Below, piece by piece: positions 11,501 through 23,344 of a stretch of 60,360 nucleotides of DNA. Position numbers and translations under genes: made by a program. Origin of the DNA: Dimargaris cristalligena (Eukaryota); the NCBI GenBank assembly GCA_003614675.1, contig ML002244.1, positions 1 through 60,360 of the forward strand, written 5' to 3'. Within the stretch, counting starts at the first letter, position 1. Every line of letters begins with the position of its first letter. The notes beneath the pieces are model-generated. The model did no database searches and had not been told where the DNA came from. It was given only the letters and a program-made list of their open reading frames with translations.

Positions 11501-14132
11501 GGGAGGGAGAGGGATAATTTAACGGTGGGAGTGGGCCAGGCGACTGGAGGCTAGAAGAAAAGAAGCTGGATTACACCAAAGAAGGGCGGAGGAGTGCATC
11601 ACCCACCACGCTGCAAGGCTATCCTGATATGGTAGGAGGCGTTTCTTGGAATCTTAACCGGGACTAGCTAGGAGTCAATGCAGAGATGAAGGTCGACGAT
11701 TAATCATTCTGTTCATCAGCTGAGAACACGGTTGGCAAGACTTGGTCTATTCGCCAAACGCAGTTAGGACCAACAAACCGGTAGCCATGTATAACAAGTC
11801 AGCCACTGGGTTATCTATGTTCGGATTTGGTGGTTTGGACTGCGCTGTAAAGCCAACGTTTGTCCATTGTCCGGTTTAAAATGGCTGAGGTAAAGAAGGG
11901 TGGAGTAGAGCCGAGAAGATGGGTGAGGGGGTGCCCAACTTGGCCTAGTCAGACGACATTTAAAACTCATATTTAGGGTGGGGGCGTGACTCGTCTTTGG
12001 GCAAAAGGATGGTACAGTCTCTGGCGATACTAGAACTCGGTGTATGGTGGCGTATTCGTAGTGCGGTGGACGAGGGTCGGTAGATTTACCGTAAAAGCTG
12101 AAACAGTCCATGTCAGAGTGGCGCTGACAAGAAACGCTTGGTAAACCGAGGGAAGAAATACAGCGACGACCGTCGGACATTTCGGAGTGGGAAGGAAGGG
12201 CTGTATGTTGCCCCTCCGCGGCGTTGCCAGGGACCACTAGGCGTGGTTTAGGGATAGCCACTTGAAGGGTAAGGTTCGAAACGGTTAATGGTTGGGGATA
12301 ATCAACCATCCATACTAGTACGAGGACCAGGACCAGGAGGTAGAAAGGGTGGCTACTAGTATAAGTCAGCCTAAGCCACTTAGCCCAACATTACTAAAAT
12401 ATATATATGAATCGGGGATTACCAACCAAACAATTCAAACCAGGAGAGGGCGGGTTACGCACAATAGCAGCGGGCATCCGTACGCCGGCTGTGGTCGAAT
12501 TAGATATCCGGTGGCCCAGGTCCGAGTGTTTGGCATGGACAATGATTACTGGGGCGTCTCGCTTATAATTTATCCAGGCGTATACCGAACTAATCTCTAG
12601 CACGCCAAAAACCATTATTAGTCAGTCGTCACCCACGCCATGCGTACGGATGAGGAGAATACTGTTGCTGGTCCGTTGAATATTCGGGCCGTCAAAAGTC
12701 GGTTCGACCAATGAACAGAGGGTAGACTACTCCATTAAGGGGGGTCATTTTACCACCCCCAGCCCTTGGCATATGGCTTTTAAAAAAGAGAGTTTAAAGA
12801 GTCATAAACCAGATGGAGTACAAAACTGGTTTAATGATTTCTCAGCCCATGTATAGTGCTGCAACCCGCGGCAGGCCATCATACAGAGCCGCCACTGAGC
12901 AGCAGCTGAAACGCCCAGTCCAGGAGACCTTTTTAAAATAAAGGGGGGGGGAAGGAGGAATTGATATTTGATATGTTATACGCCTCTCTGTATTGCCCAC
13001 CTTTCGCCGCTTGGTGATGGTGGCTACTTTATCCATCCTTGGGTGAGCCACCTGTGGCCCAGAGGGACGGATGGGGAGGAGGATACCCTATTGGGCTGGG
13101 TTAGCCGGATATGTCCCGTTTTGGTCCAGCCAAGACTTCCCTCCCACCCAGACAGCGGGTCAGGCAATAGCTTACCAGGTGGCGGCTGTAGGTCCTACCG
13201 AGACACCCCGGACTTGCCGACCCCAACTAGGTACCTCTCTCTTGCGATGAAGGGCGGTCTCCTCTTTTGGTACACATTGGGGCGGAGTAGCCCTCTCCCC
13301 CCTCTTCCCCTGAATACATTTGGCTGGACACACACCATTAAAAGACAAACACGCGTGCGCATTGCAAAGAAAAAGATACCAATCACCCAGCGCTGTGTAT
13401 ACTGGCGGAATGGGATTCAATGGGGCTGTAGTTGGCTACTATAAGATTGATTCGATGTGAAAGAAGTTCTAACCAAAGTACATTAGTAATGTAGGTATTT
13501 GAGGGGGAGGGGCATTAGGGACAGAGAGAAATTGAGGGATATAAAGGCCGGCTCGGTTGTCTATGCTCACTCAGCCGGCCCATATAGTGAGCATGCGATG
13601 CTACCCGGTATTATACCCCAAAGCGGGTGGCCTAGTCATGAAAGCAGGCACATGGGGTCTCTGGATACTGGCCTTAAAAAAGGTTTTTATGAATGGACAT
13701 TAAGACTGAGCCGAGGACTATTAAAATAATGTATAGCTTTAACTGGGTCAGTCAGTCGGTTAGTGGGGTAGTGGGAGTGGACAGGGAGCCCTCCCCTAGG
13801 ATACTGCTATGTAAAACTCAAAGTCTAGTTTCCTCCAGTCCTCTTTACTTACTCTCCCTGTTCCGCCTGGTGGGCGTGTGGGGGGGGGAGGGAGAGAGTC
13901 AGAGATAGAGGCAGAGGGTGCCGGGCTAACCCGCGATACAGTGAGCGAGCCGGCGAATAGACAGAGGGAGGACGGCGATCGTCTCTAACACGAAGTGAAC
14001 CGAAACAGCCAGTGGACCTGCACAGACTGATGCTGGGCCACACAGGCTCTCTCCTATTCCCTCTGGCCGGAAAAGGCAACCCAGCCAGTATCCGCACCGC
14101 CATTGCTATCCCGCTTATAGTGGTCACAAGGG

Positions 14133-14139
14133 TATATAA
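14133..14139 (+). promoter_or_regulatory. TATA box of the orphan gene at 14534
   Basis: TATATAA followed by a pyrimidine-rich leader, ~400 nt before the ATG. Confidence 0.45.
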
Positions 14140-14533
14140 GCCCCGGCGACCGCCGGCTTACCGTGGCTCCTCATCAACTCATCTCGTCTGGCCCCTCTCC
14201 ATTTATCGGTTATACTTCAGTATTATCCTCCTAATTTGGCCCAAAATAACTGTCTCTTTTAAACTACATCCTCTCCTTTTCTCTTGAACATTATCCAAAT
14301 CCACCTCACTCATACATATATACACACAGACACACATTACTCTTGGACTTGGTGCATTATCCTCCCCAATCCCCTTTACTCGATCGACTTCCCAGCGACC
14401 ACTGCTCTCCCTGATACCCTGAATCTACCCCTTGTTTTCTTTGCGTTGAATACACATCTAGTTCATTTCCCTCTCCTTGGACTCTCTTTTCAATCACTCG
14501 GCCTGTTCTCTCCTGTGTAATTCCGACAACATT

Positions 14534-15831
14534 ATGGACCCCTTCCAGCCTCAGTTCATTAGCCATATGAATCCCTCTGCCGTGGACGGCCTGCCCCACG
14601 CTAACCGCGCCCCTGGTATGCCTACACATGGTAAGTCGTGTTTTTATATATATTCTTCTCATCGCTTAATGGCCCGGGCCCAATTGTATATATACCCTAG
14701 CGACCGCTCCCCCGTTTCCTGGTTTGCCACAGAATCACTTTCCTTCGTTGCATCCCATTTTTCATTGGCGCACCTAGCCTATTTCTCCCTACCTTTCTCT
14801 TTCTAATCACACCTTCCCCATTTCTCTATGATTTCTGGTCATTGCTGATTTTCGAATCATTAGACCACCTTCGAGGTACCCGGGATTCACTTCTCCAGCA
14901 CGCGCGCCAGCGTAGCCAAATTCATCGTCTTCGTCCTACCTACGGCCGACGGAAAACCCAAATCCAGTCAGTTAAAATGGTCCACCCCGCTGACTACAAC
15001 TACCGCCTGCCGTCGAATACCACCACCAATGCCCCTGCTCTGGGCCGACTTCCTTCCCAAAGCACTCTGGTATGCACTCCGATTGGCGGTGGGCTCCAAT
15101 CCACTAAGTGGACCCCTCAAGTAGTGACAACCGCTGTTTATCACCGGCGCCCTCTCAACCACGGCCTCCCCGTGGCCGAATTCCCCCCCACCCTGTCCGG
15201 GGTGCCCACCGAACCATCCTCGTTCACGGATGAGTTTGAGTTCGATAGTGACTACCACCACCAGGACCACCATAGCCAAGACCGCTGGTTGCTTTCAGCC
15301 AACGGGGACCTGATCCCAGACGACGGAAAAGACGATACCGAGGGGGAAGACGATGACTTCTTCCAGCGGTTACCGATTGACCCCATCCCTATGGATATCC
15401 AAAACCAGACCTGCTCACTGCTGCATTTGGCGCTGCAGGGCGGGGTTTCGGATGCCGACAAGTTCGGGGGAATAGGCTACCAGGATGAGGAAGTGGATGA
15501 GATGGACGCCTTCCATACTCCCCGCAACAACCTAGCCCTGTCGTACTATTTCCTCCCCGGTACCTATAATGATACTTTGGCGCCGCAACATCGGGTGCGC
15601 AACCAGACGGGGTCCACCACTTCTTCCTCTTCGACCCACTGTTCCGGCTCTACCACTACTACTACCACCACCAACTCCATGTTTGATGCCGCTCTCCAGG
15701 AAGAAATCGACCGCGCCAACTATTACTCCCATCGGAGTACCGTCTTGCGCCTGTTTGGGTTCAACCCCGACCTTCCTATTGAGTCTGTCCACCAATCCTT
15801 AAACGCCGACTTTATCCGTACGATGCTTTAA
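14534..15831 (+). CDS. Hypothetical low-complexity protein, 354 aa, with acidic and Ser/Thr tracts
   Basis: Exon 1 14534-14630 (MDPFQPQF...MPTH), intron GTAAGT...TAG 14631-14863, exon 2 14864-15831. The phase-1 junction G|AC restores the frame of the 329-aa ORF. No recognisable domain. Confidence 0.75.
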
Positions 15832-18800
15832 ATTGCAATCATCGAGGGAGAAATTACTCCCTTCTGAATTACTATATCCTAATGTTATTTAGCCTTCGCG
15901 TGCGATATGCTAATTACTTCTGTATACAATCCGCCCACCACATCCGTAACCTACCTAACTCCCCCTTAGTGCCAATTAACGGCTTTAATGATTAATACCA
16001 GTGCTTTTAAATCGTACCATTTCATCCGATAATACTTATTGATTGCCTCCATGTTCGAAATTGTTTTACTATACGATGGCAACACCCCCCCCTCTCCCCC
16101 TCATACTATTCATTATATTGCCCTAAAACCCACCACCACCCAACACTGTACAAATACAATAAATCCGACTACCATTTTTAAATTGTTTGTGTGAGCCGTG
16201 TGGCTACATGGGGGAGTTCATGAACAAGTCTTCTGACACAGTATTTCGAAGAGATACACTGAGCCTTTGTATTGGCCTGTCCATTAATTTTGGACTGAAT
16301 GTGACAAATATGGATGGGAATATTGAGTTCCCCAGCATCGTGTGTTGCTCCTGGTTCCATGATCCGACCCGCCTACTGAACCCCAGATAATCCAATAATG
16401 GCATTATCAGTATATTGCGATGATAAGTACAGCCCTAATTTTCCCATTGGGACTGAAGCAGTGCGCATTCTTCAGTAGAGACGAGTTTTATAATAACTAG
16501 CCAGCCAATTGACTAGTCCGCCGGCGCACTCGTTGACTGTAGGGCTAATGTAAACTCCCGGCAGATGGCCGGCCAACCCCATGCGGGGAATATGTGTTAA
16601 AGAGTCCACGAGTACAAACGGACTGAGGGTGAAGGAGTGAGAATAGGCGATGATCGCCCGATTGCACTCACTCCACAACTGAGGAAACGATCGACGCCAG
16701 TAAGTGTGCCTTGTGACTTTTGATAGGAAGCCCAAGTGTTTGATTACAAAACCAATCCTGCTGCATCCCAGTTTAGGCTCGCCCCCCATTCCCCTATTCC
16801 CTTGTTATCTTATACTGTCTTCGATACACCCATGCTCCATCTGTTGGATAAATGGGGAATGCAGAAGGTGCTGGGGTTGGTCCACGGTATTTGGCATTTC
16901 TCCATGCCAGTACAAATGACTTTGCCATTGGTCACCGAGGAATAGACCGGTCTATAATTTTTAAACAGTAGAAATGTCAAGTTAACTGCGCAGGTTTATG
17001 GCCAATCAACAAGGGTAATGGCAACCCCACCGGGTCCAAATAATTCCACCGCATCAAATTAAATTAATACTGCCGAGTCGATACCCCTATATTTCGTTGT
17101 ATTTATATTAGTTGCTGGATTATTATGATGGGAAGTCACATCATTCCAAAGCGGGCTTTCCACAAACAGACACGCTGCGTGACACCTTCCTTCTCAACCT
17201 TTAGCCGCTTATCTTTTTCAAGGTTTCTTCCTATTGTATCCCTCATACGAAGAATAGCATACGCACACCACCGCGCCCTGGCGGTTACTGAGGTGACTCA
17301 GCCTCACACTAGGAAATCTGGCAGCTTACACATCACGGAGCGCCCCGCTTAACCCTAGACGTCCACCTTCAATCGTTACCAGGGCAGGGTACCCATGGAA
17401 AAGGATTTACCGTGGTTTGACCCATGCTATCTTACTATCCCTCACTTACATGTTTTTTTTTAAATTTTGATTATTGATTTCAAGGTGGATTATCCCTTCA
17501 CAGGCTTGTTATTTAACTACCACATATCTATCCATCCCTCACTGATTTGGACTTTAGGATAGCTGACCCTTCTCAGGTGACCACCATTTTATAATCGACA
17601 AAGCCCGTTAAAATGAAGCGATATACAACCTATTACCCATAACTCGAGGCATTCTAAATACCAGATTAGACGGGATAGTTCATAATACAGCTGAGGATGC
17701 GATTAGGTGTCTAGCGCGATTAATTCATCAAGTATCGATTGGTGAAAGTAAATATATGTATAGATTTCTTTTAATGAAAAAGGCTGGTCTCGGGGTGCCC
17801 AATTCAAATTGCCGGGGCATTGTCGTCAGCCCTGACGGACACGGTGGAGATACAATTAATTGTAGCTGTAAGTCCGGCAGGCACATTAAAGGTCTCTGGC
17901 CCCATTCCTCCTAGACAAGCCTACCCAAACTGGTCAATCGGTATTTCTTCGCAGTCAATCCCCACTAATATGGAATTAAACATACTATATTTATAATTCC
18001 ATGGAAAGCCCCTCACCACCACCGCCATACTGTTTCACATTTCCTTAACTCTGACCGACATGCTATATTTACAACATCCGATCAAAGTGTAAAACGAAGA
18101 CAGCCGTGTTTTCCTAGCTTGCTATTTAGTAAACATGTTAAAAGCGGGCACTGAATAATAGATTTCTTCGCAGAGAAAAGTGGGCCCAGCCAAGGCGATC
18201 CCTTGCTGAAAGTAGGGTAGAACGTTCTCAGCAATGCACTCCCCCGAAGGATGATTTCCTTCATGGGTGGATGGCGGGGGAATTATTAGTATAGTAGGGA
18301 TTCTCCAATAATAGCACCCTCCCCCCCTCTCTCTCTCTCTCTTTTTTTGGCATTACCTCCTCCGCAATTCTGAATCCTGTCCGTTATAGTCTTGAGCTTT
18401 AGTGCAAGATAAACCACCCAGTCACTAAAGCGGCGGGTTTTTTTAGACGTAAGGTATGATTTTACTAAATTGGGTTCATTTCCCACTCATCCCTTGATCC
18501 CTTTTGGATTACACGGCGCGGCCTCACGGAATATCGATTGGACCACGCATTTTATCATACGTTCATGTCTTTGGATATTTTTTTAAGTAACAACGAAACA
18601 AAAGAGGACCATCAATTAACTAATGGATAAGCACGTCGCGGTCTACTAGCCGAAGGCCAATTGTAGATGGAGTGTTACATTGCTCCAGAGTTGATGCCAT
18701 TGGTCATGGTCGCGATCCGTAAACTATGATAAATTGTTTAACAATGCCCAGCCAAGGGTACTTACTGTTACCATCCCTCTGCCTACCATTGGTGCGTTTG

Positions 18801-21800
18801 GTGGAAGAGGAGAACGGGCGGAAATATAAAGACTTGAGCGACTGTATAGCGGAAAAAAGCTTGGAGTGTACGTGACGGAGGAGTGAAGAAAATAATGACC
18901 CCCTCCTATTTACAATCCGCCTTGGTCAAATTTAAACTACCAATGGCATCGCTTGCCGATATCGAACAGTATTGCCAGTCTGTGGACTAGAAAATCGAAT
19001 ACAGTGTTCACTGCAACAAGCAAGCAAGGGCTACCCCATTGAGCTGTTAGATTCCAAGGGGAAAAGGTGAAATGAGAGAGAAAAAAGAAGAGTATAAGGC
19101 CGGTGCCCACTGTGTGAGGGTATGTAGGTAAGCGGGGACACTAAATGGGGCAGGGTTAGCTTACGAGTCACATTACTAACGAAAGTGCTATGATTTCTTT
19201 TTCAAGCTTGCATTGTCGCCGTCTTTTGAGATAGCGAAGAGGTACTATAATGCAATTATAAGGCGATTGGCAAAGCGTCTGATCAGACAATTATGTCTAT
19301 CATTCGGTACATCCCTTACATTCTGTGTATAGGCGACCAAAAAAAACCCCTATACTAGAGTTGTATTGAGAATAAACGGTCAGGTGCTTAGGTCACCAAG
19401 CCGGCTCTAGACCCTGCCACTATCCCCGGTCAGTTGTTGGGCCGGATGACTTGCAAAAGAGGTCGTTTGGGGATGGGTATGGTCACTCTTACCTCCATCC
19501 ACAATAGGTGTGTGCGGCCCTGGTGTCTTCCTGACCCATTCGACACGCCAGCTAAACGAATGATCCCAAAACTGCAGTGAATTAGTGTCGGCCGATGGAA
19601 GACGAGTAAAATAATGTGCTGGGTGCTTATAATACCATCTTCTCCGCCAGACTCAAGGTTGGCAGGTTGTTTCATACTTCTAGTTTAAGGCATTGGCTCC
19701 ATCGATGCAATGCTCTCAGAAGTCACATCGGGTAATTAAACGTAGGAAATGTTGTACACGTACAGGAAACCGTATGGCCAATCACCCCGTAGGCCTTCGT
19801 ATTTAGTAAGGACGTTCCGCTTTTACGGCACAACATGCCAAGCTAGTACCTTTACATCTGAATTTTTCATTTGGCTGTAACCCGCAGATTAGTACCAGGC
19901 AATTGCGTACACCCGTTTCTCTCCCCAGCCTTGCAATAGCGTAATCACTAGGCGCTTCAGTCGGCCTGGATATAGTAAGACGGGCTTACTTCGAATTCCA
20001 AATCGAGACAGTATCATGCTGAGTGGCTCACCTGGCGGCTTAAGCCGATGCAACCCGTCTGACAAGTGACAGTTAAACTGCCCTTACTCTCCCTACCGAT
20101 TTACACTTGTTTTCGTTCGGAAACTCCCGCTCGCAGTTTCACTTTCTTCACTCGAGCCATTTTGTAAGGTGGGGGAGTAATCAGTGGCATGTGGCCTGTT
20201 CGGCTGATACTCGGGTGAGAAGGCCAGCAATCACCGAGGACGTTCTCTTTCTTGTTACGTTTTTTTCATTCTTTTTTTCATATCCAGTGAGACCTTTGGA
20301 AGGTTAAACGCGGCTGTTATCCACAGTACAACGTGACCCATCGGCCCGATATGTCACCGACTCGCACATTACTAAATACCAGTCCCAATGAAAATGTACT
20401 ATATAATATACTATAGTGGGAAAATCTAACCTCTGGGGAGTATTCGAACTTCTCCGGTGCTACCAGAGAGATAATTTCGCACTCCACGAACAACCCCACA
20501 CCCCATTAAATGTTTTCCGGCATAGCCGATTTTTGTTTCACAACTCGACAGTTGCGAGTCATTTGGTGTCGTAATGGGCCTGTGCCATTTAAGCTAGCGA
20601 CGGTTTATTGGCAGTCCCCATATTGGCATCTATCCTTCGCCACATTGGTGTGTCTTCCCAACCAACTTACATTGTAATGGCGTTAGCCCACGGTACTGTA
20701 AAAACGTATACCATAAATTGGATGAGCTAAACCAGGCTTCCACTAGTCCAGGCCCAGTGCAGCTTGGGGAAATGGAATCTGACTGCCGAACCGCAATCCG
20801 GCTGGAAATATTTAGTGCTTTACTAAAACAGTACACGATTGTCCACTCGCGAAATCAAATCCAACTATTTCTCAAAGGGAAATCCTGGAGGTGCATGAGA
20901 ACCAGGAAGTCTTGGTGTTAACTAAAGACAACACCTAAATAAGTGAACGAGTGCTTCCGCTAGTCAATTTAACCAACGATTCCGGACCACAGTGCCATCA
21001 ATATAAGTATAGCTTCCAACCATGTAATGTAAACAAAGCTCAAATACTTACATGTATATACAAATCAAGTCAAATAATGCTACGTTGTTCTATCATTTCC
21101 CGTGTATCCCTCTCACCTATCTTGAAAGCCACCAAATGCCATCCTAATAATAGCCAACATGGGCCATTCCATTGGTTAGCTGACCAGAGAGGTTAAATAA
21201 CCAACTTGTTCTCGTGGGGGTGCTCGGATGCCTAATTGCCTAAATGGGCAATGGGAAGGACCACCATTGGGATTGACCTAGGCTAAAATGGAGGGATATC
21301 CATAGAGTGACATTCACAGTGGAAGAGACCACTTGTGTCGAAATAGTGCAATTTACGCTATATTAGACTAGCCGAACCAACAAGTTAAGGTCAATAGTTG
21401 AGGCTCGTATGACATGGGTTTTAGCCGACCCTTTCACTTTTGGTGGTAAATATATAGCCGATTGGGCAATGAATAGGCAATACTGTACAACAATGGTGAT
21501 AATGATTGTGGCTTTTTTATATACATATTCGTTTTATAGAAAAAATGTAAACAAACCCACCCTATGATAGCTTTATTTAGTCTAGGCCGAATAAAAATAA
21601 TTGACAATATCATCAGCCCAGTTGAAAAAGGGTATTGAACGACCCTTCCTCTGCGTATCCAGCGATCGATTGAATATTAATTAATTTTACACTTTAATAT
21701 ACTTACCGCCTCCGCTAAACCGAGGCTAAGCGATGTGACCTTCGCTTATTCACGGTTCTTTTGTTGACGTTCTAACTCAACCCGTTTAGTATTGCTGCTG

Positions 21801-22573
21801 GAGGTTTTCAAAGCCCCCCAAATAAAATAAAATTTAACTATAGTAAAATTACTGTCTAATAGAATGGTAGAATGTGGAAGGGACCCATCAGTAGGAATAT
21901 AAACCGTCAGCTTTCTACCTCCCAGGAGGTCTAATTAGCCAATATAAAAATCCGGCTTTTCAATTAGGAGATTTAGGGGGGTATTTTATATATATAAAAT
22001 TAAACACCAAATTAATACACTGATGAAGGAGTTGGTTATAATATTTCTATATCATCACAATTGGTATAACAGGTTTCATATGTGAGCATTATCTTTGATT
22101 TTTGAGGTAAAAATCGTCTAGACTAGAGTTAGGCGGGGTTACGTAGTTAAATCCTGACTGGTAAACTAGAGACGTGCATGCAGGTTTGATTGAACTAAGC
22201 ATGTGCATGCAACAGAAAGAAACAATCGGGCAGCTACTAAATATTTCTTATAATTTGAAATTAACCTCATTTATTACACTCTATAATTCATTTAAATGCC
22301 CGGTTTGGGGAGTTTCCTTTAGTAATCATGATCCCTCGTTTAGAGTGCCTGGCAAAGGTATTTGTAAAATCCAATAGCAAAAGTCTAACAACGCCCATTG
22401 ACTTATAGCATTACAATTTTAAAACAGCAAAAAACAATATAGTATACTATAAAATATATTATCAAAATCTCTTTTCAAAATGGACATTCAACGTTCTGCT
22501 AAATAATATATATATAAATATACCCAACATAAACATACTGGCTCTATTAACTATATTGACCCTACCAACAACC

Positions 22574-22717
22574 ATATGGGAGTAGTTCAGCGAGGCTGTA
22601 TAACGAAAGATCCATTTGATGAGGCAAGTACTACTGGTTGAAAATAAACATCCCACCGATTTTCCCATACACATATCAGTTAAACCCTTATACAGCCAAG
22701 CTGAACTTCACCCATAT
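22574..22717. mobile_element. 144-bp MITE, copy 2
   Basis: ATATGGGAGTAGTTCAGCGAGGCTGTATAA ... TTATACAGCCAAGCTGAACTTCACCCATAT. TIRs match at 26 of 30 positions. Confidence 0.88.
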
Positions 22718-22782
22718 CCACAAATTATCCAGGCCCCTCCCTTTATTATTCTATCACATTAGGGCTTACCACATGAATGTTT

Positions 22783-22802
22783 TATATATATATATATATA
22801 TA
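22783..22802. repeat. (TA)n microsatellite
   Basis: Run of ~10 TA units. Confidence 0.8.
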
Positions 22803-23344
22803 AATGGTTATACATTGTTTGGAAGTAGTGTATATGAAAGGGGTGATTGCTCAGCATCAGTAATCTATCGGTAAGATATACAGTTGTTGTTTTCTAAAAA
22901 ATAATGAATAGGTTACAAAAGGGATTTTTTATAATACAGATAATATGGCACTGTCGTCGAATGCCGAATAAGGTATGCGTACACGATAATTTAAGAGCAT
23001 CAATATGAATATATGTAAATATATATATGTAAGTATGTATAGATATACTACGGAATGGTCGCAAATGAACAGGCAGACGGGCGCCCGGAATTGAGGTAGT
23101 GTGTGATGGAAGTGTAAAGAATGCAGCCGACATAGGGCCGAAGCAATGAGCATGTGGATGATCAGCGATGCATGGTAGTTCAACTGCCGATGATATTTGT
23201 CATCAATTCATCGATGCAAAGGTGAAAGGGGGGGTTGGAATTAGGAACGACTGTCGGCTCAAAGGGCATCGGTCGGCGGATTGACGGTAGACCATAAAAT
23301 GTAACTACCCATATGACCAGCTCCATCTATTTGAGAATCTAGGC

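Noticed and set aside
11815..13444. 164-aa and 158-aa ORFs in the gene desert
   Set aside because: Non-ATG starts, no codon bias or motifs; consistent with chance ORFs.
21698..21710. ATACTTACC resembling the U1 snRNA 5' end
   Set aside because: No U1-70K loop (GATCACGAAGG), U1A loop or Sm site; better read as the reverse complement of a GTAAGT donor.
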